From assembly GCF_022045235.1 (NCBI RefSeq), contig NW_027266271.1, forward strand, positions 26,908,001 through 26,972,000: a DNA stretch of 64,000 nt. Reading direction: 5' to 3'. Below the pieces are notes generated by a model. It searched no databases. It had not been told where the DNA came from and was given only the letters and a program-made list of their open reading frames with translations. Positions 22,601-35,100 of this stretch are shown piece by piece. Both the position numbers and the translations under genes were made by a program. Positions within the stretch are counted from its first letter, which is position 1; every line of letters starts with the position of its first letter. The stretch is from Haliotis cracherodii. Lineage: Eukaryota.

Positions 22601-25600
22601 TTCGATGTGGATATAGTTTTACAGAAAGAAATATATGTACAAAACACGGTAGTTGTAGGATCATTCAATCGCATCCAAAAGTGAGCGATATATACGACAT
22701 CTGTATTGGGAGAGTCAGTGAGTTCATATTTAACGTCAGGTCGGCAATATTTCAGCCATATTGTGACGAGAAGTTATACAATAGTATAATGCACATTTTT
22801 AGACTAAATATAAACCTGTCACAATATAAAAATGGGCTAGATATCGTAAGTAACTAAAGAGGGCTCACCATGATCGTTACCTTAGGGACCTACAGTACCT
22901 CGGCATCCCGCATGGACCCCGGCAGGAATTATATCATTCCTTCAATCACTGGCGACAGTGTACCAGTTAAGCCAAAGATTAAAATGGCGAATATACTACA
23001 TTTAAAACATACTTCGAATGAAGCAGAATTTAGATACCCTCTTAGGAGAACAAAAAACTTACGCTACTTCAACCCCCTTCGACGGTACCGCCACGAACAA
23101 TCTAAGTTATTAATTAGCACTGCCAATTTATAAGATGCTACAGAAAGTATATCAAGAATAATGAATAAGTTCTATTTCTTTTAAAAAGTATGATATTAAA
23201 TGAGAATAACCATTAATAAGAAGGTCTCTGACTGTGTTTACACTGACATATTTATCCCTTGGGATTGAAAATTTAAAACAGTCAAGCAAGACATCCTTTC
23301 ATCACAAGCGATACAAAACGGTGGATTCTCACCTTTCAATAAATATCCATGGGTATATCTGCTGTGGCCAATAGAACATCGTCGCATTAGACCTCATCAA
23401 ACCTGGACTTACAAACCAAGTAGGTGTAACCGATAGTTGGTTTAATTTGATGTGATTTATTTATACTAACTTGGGTGTCCCACTTTTTTTGCATAAGATC
23501 ATTGATGTACTTATGTAACATCTGATCAAAGGTTTGTAATCGTTGTATAGAATTGGAAGTGGTGTCACAGATTTGTTGAGTGTTTTGTAGCTGCAGCATC
23601 AGCCATTGTGTTACCAATGATACCAACATGGCTAGGTAACAAACACAAAACGATGTCGCATTGGTCAGTAGCAAGAATAATTTCAATTAAGAGTGAATGT
23701 TTACAAGACTGATTTTTAATTGTCTGAAGCCAAGAAAGAGAATGATAAATTGTTTATGTTTGGATTCTTTACTGATGAACTCTAATGCTGTTAATATGGC
23801 CTTTGATTAGAACCTTAAATATGGGTCAGTTATCTGGAAGATATTGTCTTGGGTCCAATTATGGTGGCGCTGGCAACTGCGTCACCATCCTTTGATCAAT
23901 CTGTAAATATAGATTTAAAAGTATCATATTTGTGTCTAAATTAATTATATTCTTGTTCATAAATAAGTTGATTGGTTTCAGATTTCTTTTATTTAGTTAA
24001 TGATAGATCAACCTGAGATGTTACCAATTGCCATGGCGGAGAAGTTCTGTGGGTGCTATATTTTTTAGATTTATTTTAGCAGCAGAAATATGAGGTTTTA
24101 TTCTGATTCCAAGGGGTGGTGCAAGAGATTATTTTTAATTGTAGAATTATTCCTAGAGGGGATTAAAACACAACCGAAGACTAGATTGGAGTTATTGGAA
24201 TGCAATTTAGAAATGTACTGTTAAGGTAACTTAATGTGACGTTGTGTAAGTGATGGCTCATCACTCTCCTGATACGGGCTATTAATCGGAGAGGTTCTAA
24301 AGGCTCCAATGCAAAGCCCCAGGCCCTGATGATGAATGGAATCATTTTTGTTTCAAATTGCTTTTACATACTCCACAATAGATAATGGAGACGTAATTAA
24401 GTTTAGAGCAGATAAGTGCTCAGTGCAGCTGGAGGAGGGTTTTATTATGCCCTCCCCATTTTGAATTTGAAACTACTTTTTAAAAATGCAAAGCTTTCAG
24501 GTATTTAGTCTTTAAATAATGTGTGTAGCAGAAAGGTCAAGTGCTGGTAAAAAATGATACCAAGAAACTTGGCCTCTTTTAGAACTTTGATAGGAGCAGC
24601 TTTCAAAACTAAATCAGGTGTTTCCATGTAGTGTCATATGCTTTTTCGAGATGTAGACACTGCATGTTGTTTGTTTATTGTGACATCTTTAACGAATGAT
24701 TCTAAACGTAATGGTTTCTAAGCACCAAACTAGTCGATTATGTATCATGCGTTCCATGGTTTTGCAAACGCAGCTTGTCAATAAATTTGGTCGATAATTT
24801 GATGGATCGGTGTGATTTTGGTATTGGAACAACAATGACATCACGCCAACTAGGTAGAAATCGCCCTGGCGTCCGAATTTCATCAAACATATTTAACAGT
24901 GATGATAAACATGATCCTTGTAAGTGCTTCAGGAGCTGATAATATATGTTACCGGGTCCAGAAGCAGAATCGTGAACTTGTCCGAGTATATAGTTCATGA
25001 ATAGAGAATATTTTATTGTAATCTTCCCCATGAGCTGAATTCAAATTAATAGCTTTCTTTTCCTGCTACTTTTAAAATTGAGGTACATAATTTGAAGAGG
25101 AAGAATATTGAGCCAAAGTTTCACCCTGTTTAATAGTAATAGTTTTATCAGTGAACAAAACATTCCCATTTTGATATCAGATTCAGATCCCTTACCTTTG
25201 ATTATTTTATTCATGTTCCATACCTTCGACATGAGCGTACGTGAATTTACATTTGAAACGTCGTGCTTAAGCATTTACAATTTTGAATTTATTCAAATTA
25301 TGTATCATAGGATGGTGACGGAAATACTTGTCAGCTTTCTTCCGTGCCTTCATAGCTTGTTTGCAAGTATCATTAACCCATGGTTTACGGATGTGTAGAT
25401 TGGCAGAGGACTTGGAATACATTGAACAGCTATTTAATTTAGTTCTTGTTTTGAATGAGGAACATCATTAAAACGTAAATTGCTTTCACAGAGTACTTCG
25501 AACAAAGACCAGTCAGCTTAAGTGAAGTTCCATCTTCATGAAAAAGGATGTAGTTATTAGTTGGCAAATGGTAACTTCTACAGAGGTTGTCATGAACTGA

Positions 25601-28600
25601 CCAATCAAATTCATTTAGAAGTCCAGAGTTTGTGAGTGATAAATCAAGAGATGAATATGTGCCTGTCCCGGGATGTAAATAGGTTTTAGAGTTATCATTA
25701 AAAATGCATGAGTCATTGTTAGAAATAAAGTATTCTAATATCTTCCCTTTACTGTTTGTAGCAGCACTACCCCAAAGTGGATTATGCCCATGAAGGGCTC
25801 CCATAATGATACATGGCTTTGGGAGCTGGTCATATAGTGCCTGAAGATCAGTTATTTGACGAGTGGAAGATGGAGGTAACATTCATGTTAAAACAATGTT
25901 TAAAGTTACAGCAACAGCCTGAGGTGGCGAGCTGTGTATAATACCCTGACTCACCACGACAGAAGAACATCTAGTGGCTTTAGCATTTGGAGGTGAATAG
26001 AAATGACATTGATCATACTTTCTGATGTCAATTAAATCAGTACTTTTAAAGTAAGTTCCTTGTATGCATAGTGTTGATAGTTAATAATCCTGAATTAATA
26101 ATTGTAAATCATAGCAATTCCATTGGATGATATGAGAAGAGCAACTCATGATGGCTCAACAGGAGAGCATGAGCGGGAGGGTGGCCCATTCCCATGGAGT
26201 GGGACTGAGGGACTAACGTCTATATCTCGAGCTTCAAAAGGATTATGAACCTCTATCGTGGTTGGTGTAGGAAAAGCCATTTCTTACTGCGGGAGTGCCC
26301 TGGCTTTTCTCCTTAATTGATTTTTGTGTCGTCTTTTTGACATTTTGAATTTCAGTGAATGTTTCTGGTTTTGATAGTGTTGAAAGAGTATCTGTTTGGG
26401 AAGTTGATGTTGTTATGGTCGGGACATTTTGAGATGTTGTGCGGGTTTCATGTACATTAATCTGTTTATCCTGTATCCAACATAGATATCAGTTTGTGTT
26501 GAGGCCGTTGATACTTTGACAACTTGGGCTGTTGTAGAGGACACAGAAGCCCAATATGTTTTGGCAGAAGGAGTTTGCAACGGAAGTAACCTTTTGGCTT
26601 CTGTGTAAGTTATGTTGTTTGTAACTTTTATTTTTAATATGTTTTTATCTTTACAGCAGTGACGTCTTGGTTTTTTAATTCAGTTGCTTTGTCGTCTTCA
26701 GTCATGTATGGCAGACAGCGAGCATGATCTCTCACAATGCCTCTGCTAGAATTCAGTGTCTTGTGCACTGAGACAACCACCTTTGTGTTGACAAACTGCT
26801 GGAGACCCAGCAAATTAACGGGTTGTTGTCTCCGTGCACATTCAAGAAGGACTGAGCCAGAACGAAGACGAGTGACATTCTTCACTTCCCCACTGGTACT
26901 TTGGATACCCTTGGAGATGGCAAAAGGATTCAGCTTTAAAGGAGAGTCATCAGTGTATGAAATAGCGATGGACCTAGGCCAAGAATCAGCCACTTGTGAA
27001 CAGACATGTTGTAAGTCTAAGTTTCAGCACCCTTGATCCCTACTCACCAACGAGTGTCAACAAGGACCGTGTGCAGTGGAAGCCAGGCTACAGCACCAGG
27101 GTTATAGGGATGTTATCGTCTTCATCCTTATTCCAAATTGTGAAGAAAACCGTCACCAAAATACACAGCCTATACATTTCCAGCTGTGAACGCAAAGATA
27201 CTGCAAGCTCAGTAGCGAAATACTAGTAGAGTAGAATTTTGACGCATTGCACATGCACTAAATATAATATTCGCCTTTGTTATATTCTTGCGCACAGCCG
27301 GTAGTTAAAAGATAAAAGTCATTGTGACCCTTCCCTTACGTAACAGCTCAGTAAATTTCATGATGAATAGATGGTGCACGGTAACACACATATAACAAAA
27401 CTAGTGCACGAATAGTTCTGCTACATGTTTACGTTCATCAGGGAGAAATAATTAAATTTAAGTTGTGTTCACTGTGCTGCATTGTGACTAGCTGAAGTTG
27501 GTCACGTTGTTTGTTATTGCATTTATTCCCAATAAATATGAAACATTAAGCTTTCTACATTCACCACTACGGAATGTCGGAGAATAATTAATAATACTAA
27601 ATGTTTTTGTTGTAAAAATTAATTATAACGACAGACTGTGTAATTTTGTTGGTATGAATCGAAAAACCTGTGTTCAAACAATACATGGCCAATCCTAAGC
27701 GATTACAGTTATAACATCACAATGCAACTGTACACAAATACTGTGACATCACAATAATTGGCAGCTTTACAATGACAGTGGCAAAACTAGTTACTGCGTT
27801 TGACAATTAGGTTAATGTAATACTGAATTTATAGTTTCTAAATTTGGAACCGAACGCGTAGAGATTATCAATTAGTCTAACATTAATCTACTTTTGAAGC
27901 ACAGTACGTTTATTTCCATTCTAACATGACCGATCTAAAAATTGAAATCCTTCGTTTCGCGTAAGACAGTGTGTCATCTGGCATGGTACAAGGGGCAAAT
28001 TGAAGGTTTCCTGGGTGGGTGGTTGTGTATTTTTTTAAACATTGTAACTGAACAATATTTCTGATGATTTCATGTGCATCTATCCCGAAATGCAAAAAGA
28101 CAGTGACAGTGGTGGCCTTAGCGCCAAATAGCGTTGTTTTTCATTTTCCCTGCGACCGAAGTTCAAAGTTAAATCAAATCAGACTGTTCTTTGCAATTTA
28201 CTTATCTTTTATTTTCCAAAGCATGCCTAAGAAAAAATAATTGGCGCTATGGAACTGAACATCCTGCAAAATATTGATATTTCTCTCAAATGGTGGAAAC
28301 CTCCAGGGTCTAAAACTTGGCATTAATTAGAAACTTTAGCGAGACTATCCTGTAAATCCTGTAGTCCTGTAAACACAGTGTTTTACTGTAAGATAAACAA
28401 CTCCAATTCGTCATTTATTCCGTAATTAAAATGACACTCGGCAGATTCTGCCATGTTCCCCTTGGAATACACTCATCGTCTCTCATATTAATATCATTGA
28501 TGAGTACGGTTTCAACCTCTATATATAAGTAGTCCCTCGGATGTGATAGGAATATAGATTAAACCCTCAATTAATTCCGAAAACTCTCTCAACAAGGTAC

Positions 28601-28797
28601 TTCTTCTTTAAACAAAGTAAACACTGTTTACTGAGCAGGGGAATTTCACTCATCCACATCTCATGCTCACATCAATGAAGTCAATGCAAACATAAAAATA
28701 CAGATAACAAACATACCTCAGCCACCGTCAGTGCCACACATTCATCCTTATTCCAAATTGTGAAGATAACCGTCACCAAGATATACAGCCTATACAT
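18147..28797 (-). CDS. Gene C: signal peptide + SETD8-like SET protein (~201 aa); leader exon assignment uncertain
   Basis: Exons 28797-28717 (MYRLYILVTVIFTIWNKDECVALTVAE), 22303-22207, 21191-21059 (GRGIVAGKDFSPGDFITYYHG...KNIW), 20651-20459 (IDSSQDDGSYGRLLNDEW...QEIRYNY...FPWRQ) and 18248-18147 (ASKVQTNFLCMRRTWLSLLETTFMPVCKIDKED*). The nearer leader exon at 27177-27121 is truncated by a LINE, so the gene may be a pseudogene. Confidence 0.7.
18475..18692 (+). mobile_element. Old family-B SINE in last intron (matching copies at ~38538-38728 and ~55971-56155)
   Basis: GGTTCGAAT...GCACCATACCCGT...CACTTTGGGCCTT...ACTCACT at the same intronic position in genes C, D and E. Confidence 0.75.
19585..19627. 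repeat. (TA)n microsatellite
   Basis: About 21 TA units, absent from the paralogous introns. Confidence 0.95.
21617..21900 (-). mobile_element. SINE family B, recent insertion
   Basis: Full length with TSD GTCAACGTATGA (21605-21616 / 21901-21912). The site is empty in gene D (~42295). Confidence 0.9.
22388..22508 (-). mobile_element. SINE family A, 5'-truncated
   Basis: Matches family A, at the same insertion point as 42787 in gene D. Confidence 0.85.
22712..27120 (-). mobile_element. Degenerate I/Nimb-like LINE (ORF1, AP endonuclease, RT fragments, RNase H)
   Basis: ORF1 26634-26993 (LNPFAISKGI...VTRLRSGSVLLEC), endonuclease 25439-25882 (PKPCIIMG...HNPLWGS...SLDLSL), DPSNYRP at ~24800, RNase H-like IFTD...SKDG at ~23900, 3' tail AATATTGCCGA...AACTCACT. 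Many stops and frameshifts. Confidence 0.85.
27121..27177 (-). pseudogene. Truncated leader (signal peptide) exon
   Basis: MYRLCILVTVFFTIWNKDE followed by an abrupt junction into LINE sequence. The last 8 codons and the GT donor are lost. Confidence 0.85.
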
Positions 28798-29194
28798 TTC
28801 CAATCGTAACCTCAAAGATGCTGCAAGCTCAGTTGCAAAATACTAATAGAGTAGGACAAATATTGATGCAATGCATATCTAACATATTGACTAAACAATG
28901 TCATAGTATTCGCCTTTGTGATATTCTTGCGCACAGCCAGTAGCTAATAAAGAAACGCACCAAGTCAGTGTGACCCTTTTGCAACAGTTCAGTGAAGGGA
29001 TATAACGAAACTCACGCTATAATATCACACGGATTATTCTCCTGTAAGTTGAAGTTTCTTTGGTATTCTGCTACGTCACAGGAATGCTGAAGGTTTGCAT
29101 GAGATTAGGCACTGCTATTTCCCGTCAGTCTTTAACACAAGATTGTCATCAATTTTAAAAAAGAAAACCAAAAATAGGTGGGAAGGGTAGGGCA

Positions 29195-30365
29195 TCTATA
29201 ACTAAGACCGTCATTATACAGTGCTTGAACAAAGCATAGAACATTGTTTACATTGGTTTGAAGGGGATTGGTGTCTCTTTGGCCACAGAAAAGCATCCAC
29301 TTGTTGAGATGGCTTGAGATGGCTTGAGTAATGAGCATGTGTGGTTTATCTCCAAGACTATATGATGATTTCTTGAGTTTTGTTAGAATGTTTCGCAGTG
29401 TGAGGGCTTCCTAGATAAGCGACATGCCATGGGGCAAATCCGTTTCCTTAAGGGCTGCAGATCGCCGTTTTGAGGTAGAATCAGAATATCCATTCTCATT
29501 AGCATAATCCCGCGGTAGTCCATTACCATGGTCATGAGTGGCTTATACCAGAGTTGTGTTGGCCAGTTTGATGCAATGAGAACCGTCTCTCGCCCTTCCT
29601 TCGCCAGCTTCTAGAGACACTGGCAGATTAAGCTGAAAGGAGGCAACTTATCTGCATACATGCAGATAAATGCATCGACACCTATTGATGTAGTGTCAGG
29701 TCGCCAGGAGACGTTATTGTCCAGTTGCTTATTGAATCTGGACACAAAAAAAGTTATCTTCTGGCAAACCTCGGATGTAAACTCATTCCTTATATACCTC
29801 TCTACTCAACATCTACATAGTTCTGTTATTGAAAACCCAAGGCTCGACATCCGTGTCACGTTTTGGATATCTGCAATGTGGGTTGTGCTTACCCCAACAG
29901 CTCTGTCAATGCAGCAATTTCATAACTTCCTACTGACTTGGTTGCAACCCAGAAACATCGCGCCTCCCATGCAACTACTGTATGAGACGGCACTGACATT
30001 GCCAATGTGTAGCTGTATGTGGCTATTTCATTTATCAACGCAGAGTGACCTAAGTTTATTTTGCTAATATTGGTTCCACCCAGCATAAGTCCTGGGTCCA
30101 TTCTCAAAGCATATTCTCCAGCCCGAATGGGACACATCTGAGTTGGTACTAGAACAGTAACATTTTTCCTAGCCCTAAACACATTTTGTATCCACCACAC
30201 AAGATAATTTTTCTTTACAGAGGTGATACACACTTTGGCTCAAAAGTTGCCTTTTGCTAAATTCAGGGCCGAGATAGCATTTAGCATTTTCTTAATTTTG
30301 ACTAACAGAGTGGAAAATGAACTCCAGCTCTTGCAACTGTGAAGTTGTCACAGCCACATTGTCAG
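29195..30365 (-). mobile_element. DIRS-like tyrosine-recombinase retrotransposon remnant
   Basis: RNase H-like HIQLHIGNVSAVSYSSCMGG, methyltransferase-like SRFNKQL...SWRPD...GVDAF and PPFSLICQCL*KL...VLIASNWPTQLWY, and YR N-terminal-like KWMLFC...VLCFVQALYNDGLSY. Related fragments lie at 63430-64000. Confidence 0.75.
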
Positions 30366-32148
30366 ATCATTCCTGAGTAGCACCACAGTAGCATATAAGA
30401 GTTATCCCTCTGTTTCTTCAAAAATATGGAGGATATACATTCTCCTTCACGCGGAATAGCCTCCAATGTTTCCTATTGGTCAAGAAGTAGAGAATCCAGA
30501 GTTTCTCTATGTACATAATAATTTCTGTATTGCAATTCCCTTAATTTGGTATCTCTGTCGCCGAAGTTCATACAGTTTGGCCCTCACTCTATGAAGATTC
30601 ATACTCAAATGAACTCACACAACGTGAATTTATAAGTATAGTAACATCACTGTCAGAAACGAAAGCAAATGTCATCAGAGTCTACTGAGTACACGATGTG
30701 TGGTATGCTGGACATACATATGGAATTGGGCAAGAAGAAGACATTCTTATGGGCACCGGATGTGCTCTCTTCCTTGTTTGATCTGTTTCCTCATCCATGT
30801 AAACAGCAATTCCATCAAATATCTCTTACCAAAATCAATAAGAGTTCTCACTAACATCAGAATATTCAATCTCGATTATCTGCCCGAACATATTATATAT
30901 GGAGTAAAGTGCAACAAATTGATGGTTCTTGCGAAAAGGGTAAGCATGGTCTCCTCAACCAGTATTACACACAATTTTCATATAAAAGGTAAGGGTTATG
31001 GATATGGAAAGCGTTTAGTCGCTTTGTTATTATTTTGTTGACTACACTGCACCCAGCAATACTCCTGCCATCACTGATACGGCCTTTAAACAATCCAGTG
31101 TTGTTAAGACAATCCAGTGATCAGTGTCATGAGCAGTGATCTGCGTCATCTTGATACGATGTCAACCAAGTCACGAATCATGACCACTAGATCCATTAAG
31201 TAAGTGCCATTGAGAAAAAATGAGGTCAGGTGAAATGTGGATTATCGCAATGTCCAAGATTATTGCACTTATTCCTCGCCGTCAGGATACGATGCCACGC
31301 TGTCATCCAAGTCGCCAGTCCATCTATTCATTAAACATAAAACGACAAGGCTACAGAATAACCAGTGTCGGTTTTTCTAAGAAACAGATTCCAGTGGGTG
31401 GAAAAGGCAAAATAGAACAGCGGTAAAACTTATATTAATGGATCACTGAAAACAGGTGTTCATGAAAATGGTAAGAATGTCCTGCCCTGCCGGTAACACC
31501 CACAACTCATTCAGATTGCGTAAGAAAGCATGTGTTTGGTGTCTGACACTGACACAAAATAGCAGTACTCCTGCCATGTGACTGTAGCATGATCACTAAA
31601 TATGTGTGAGAGATGAATTGAGTTGAAGGCGTCGTGTCCACAGAGGCTGTCCTGTAAGTAAAGAGCCGTAAAAACTCCCGGTAAAAGGACATAGTATTGG
31701 ATAGCACAGATGTAAGCTAAATGTGTGTTTCCATGAAATTTGAAATATGCTCCTGCTCTTTAGCGACTGGAAAATGTCGACACCATGAGATGGAACAGGT
31801 GGTATATTGCACTAAGGGAAATTCACAAAAGGGATCGGAACTTATACCTCTTGCCATACAGCTTGGTGCAGTGTTTGCCATCATTTGATATTCTTTTCGC
31901 GGGCACCTTGTGTCTTCACTGATTTGCAGTGCATAGGTAGGTTGACGACACAAGCTCATTTATCATTTTATTGTTGACAGAAATGAGGTCAAATCTTTAA
32001 TTCAACTAAAGTAGTAAAAACAATCCGGTTGGTATGCAATTACAGACAGATCAGCTGGGAGAGGGGCACACTTCCACAACCCGGATGGTACCTTCTACTT
32101 GTCTAAATGGTCTATTCCCATAGGTATTTTCAATCAGGAGGTCCAGGA

Positions 32149-35100
32149 CTGAGTGAGTTAAGGTTTATGGGAACATCGCCAATATTGCAGCCTTATCTTG
32201 ACTAAATCAAGTGATACTGGAGTATATAAATGACACACAAATGTAGACTACAAAACCCGTCGACAAAGGACAGTAAAAGAACTCGATTATCACAGATGTA
32301 GATTTCAAACTAGTATGTAACCATAACAACTGGAGTATTCGGCTATAGATTGCCAGCAACTGAGGGTAGATCATCATACCAGGGAGTAAAGCATCTTACA
32401 GTACTTGTGCTTCCTGTATGGATCCAAGCAGGATTTACATCATCCTTTCGGGTGTTGGCAATTAGTGACAAATTTAGTCGAATTAAAAGAACACATATTC
32501 TACTATAAAAACCGTGGCAGTAATAAATATACTTTCACCACAGATGACAAGAGGTTTCTTACATGATATATTTTTAATAGCCTGAAGACACGAGTGAGAG
32601 TCCGAAAACAATATGAAGTGCTCTTGCTCAGATTGTACATATTTCAGAGCTGTTAAAATAGCATGGGATTCGGCTATAAAACTAGAAGTATTATCTGGTA
32701 ATCAAGACGGTGGCGCTGACAACTGCGTCACCATCCTTGGATACATCTTTAAATATAGATTTATAAGTGTTTATGTGTTCCGCATCTGATTATATTCTTT
32801 TTGGTAAAATAGTTGGTTTGAATCTTAATGACAGGTCAACCTCTGGCCGTACCAACTGCCATGGGGAAGAAGACAAAAGCTGAGTTGGAGCTATATTTTG
32901 AAGAGTGATATTGGCAGCAGAAATGGCAGGTTTGATTCTTATTCCAAGTGGCGGAATGAGGAATGACTTTTTATGGTACATGTCCTCATAAAGATGGTTA
33001 CACAATCATATGCAGGATTAGTTGGATTTGAATCGAACTTTGTGAGATATTGTTATGAGAGTTTGATCTGACGTTGTTATAGTGGTGGCTTATCAGCTTC
33101 CATATACAGACTAATGATAGGGGGTTTCTGAAGGCATCACGGCAAAGCCTCAGGCCTTGATGATGAATACAATCGAATAAATTAGACATAATCCAGTTTA
33201 GAGCGAATAAGTGCCCTGTACATTTGGTCAAGGGCCTTCAGATATTTCTTTTCAAAATATTTTATGTGTGGTAAAAAGGTTAAATGGTGATATTATTAAA
33301 TATCCTTTCAATGGTTTTGCATACACATCTGATCAATGAAATAGGTCGATAATTGGAAACATCAGTATGATCGCGTTCTGGCTTAGGTACAGGAACAGTT
33401 ATAGCTTCTCGCCATGAAGAAGGAAATTCTCCCGATGTCCAGATTTTATCAAAGGTTATCAAAAGGGTTTCCAAACAGGATTGTGTTAAATGTTTGACCA
33501 CCCGATCCCGTTAGTTGCCTTTTACGACAAGCATGGGTTGCCGAAGATCTATTCTACCCCGGATCTTCATTGGTCTTATAGTTGCAAGGGAGTACTCAGG
33601 TTCAGGGCGTGTACCTGGGGGAATATGTGTTTATGTTCGGAAAAACATTGCCCATTTGTTCCCGAGAATATGCTCAAATTATGCAAATGGAATATTCTTA
33701 TTGTTTGATGGGACAACTTGTACATACATGAAAACAGTATTGTGTTTCAATTATATCCCTCCAGAAAGTTCAACGTTTTACAGGACTGTAGATGAGACAA
33801 ATGGGATTGAGAGCCTCCGGAGTCAACTAATGACTGTCATATCTGAGTATGGTGACAATATACAGTTTACTGTAATAGGTGATTTGAATGCGAGGGTTTG
33901 ACTTGAGCAAGATTTTGATGACATCACATACCACAGAATATGATACTGACTGTTTTAACATTAGAAGAATATCCAAGGATAATGTTGTGAATTTATTTGG
34001 ACGATCACTACTATCGCTATGTCGAGTGATGGGGCTACACATGCTAAATGGAAGATCTGGGATAGATAGGTGTGGTAATTTCACTTTCATCTCACATACT
34101 GGAAAGAGTGTAAAGACTTTGTCTTGGTTTCTACAAGTTTGTTCAAAAGTGTTTCAGATTTAGACATACTTGCCATACCAGAATCAGATCACCTACCACT
34201 GGCATGTAGACTTACTTTAATCCCTCAAGTTAATCCACACAAGACAGGCCAGCAGTTAAAGTCATGGAATAGGCTAAATTGGAAACCAAACTCCAGCCAG
34301 GTATATGTTGACCAACTTGTAAATGAAACATGCAACAGCGAGCTGCAAATGACATTTGTAAAGAATCTGGATACAAATGACATTAATGCGGCAGTAAGCA
34401 ACTTGTCTGAAGTTATTTGTAAATGTGCTATTTTCAGTGGTATAACATCAAATAAGGGGTCTGAGGGGCACTCCCCCAGTCAGCCCTAGTGGTGGGACCA
34501 TGAATGTGAGATTCTCAAAGGTGAAAAATATAAGTGTTTAGACAAGTTTAGATTATCTGGTTCTAACATTAACTTCAATAATTAGATTTTAACAAGAAAT
34601 AAATTTAAGAATGCATGTAAAAAAAACAAAACAGATATGACATGGAGGATAAACCAGATGTAATGCGGGTGATAAATAATGAGGGTGTAACCACACGGGA
34701 CTTATGGAAATTCATCAAACGCTACAACAGGCAAGGGAGGTAACTTTGATACTGACTCTGACTTCTGTGAACATGTACATAACTTTATCAGGGATAATGA
34801 AGATCACACAGCCTGCTGTGACAATGTTGAGGTGTACAAGTTTTAGATAAGACTATTACTATGGAGGAAATTAGATCGGTAATTAATGATCTCCCCAACG
34901 GCAAAGCGCAAGGACCTGATGGAATTTTAAATGAACATTTAAAAAGTGTATCTCATATACTTTTACCATATATCCACAGGTTATTTAACAACATATTATC
35001 TGTTGGAGTTTACCCATCATAATGGACAGATGCAATAACATTTCCTATTCATAAAAAAGGTGAAAAAACAGATCCTTATAATTATAGGGGAATATCTTTG

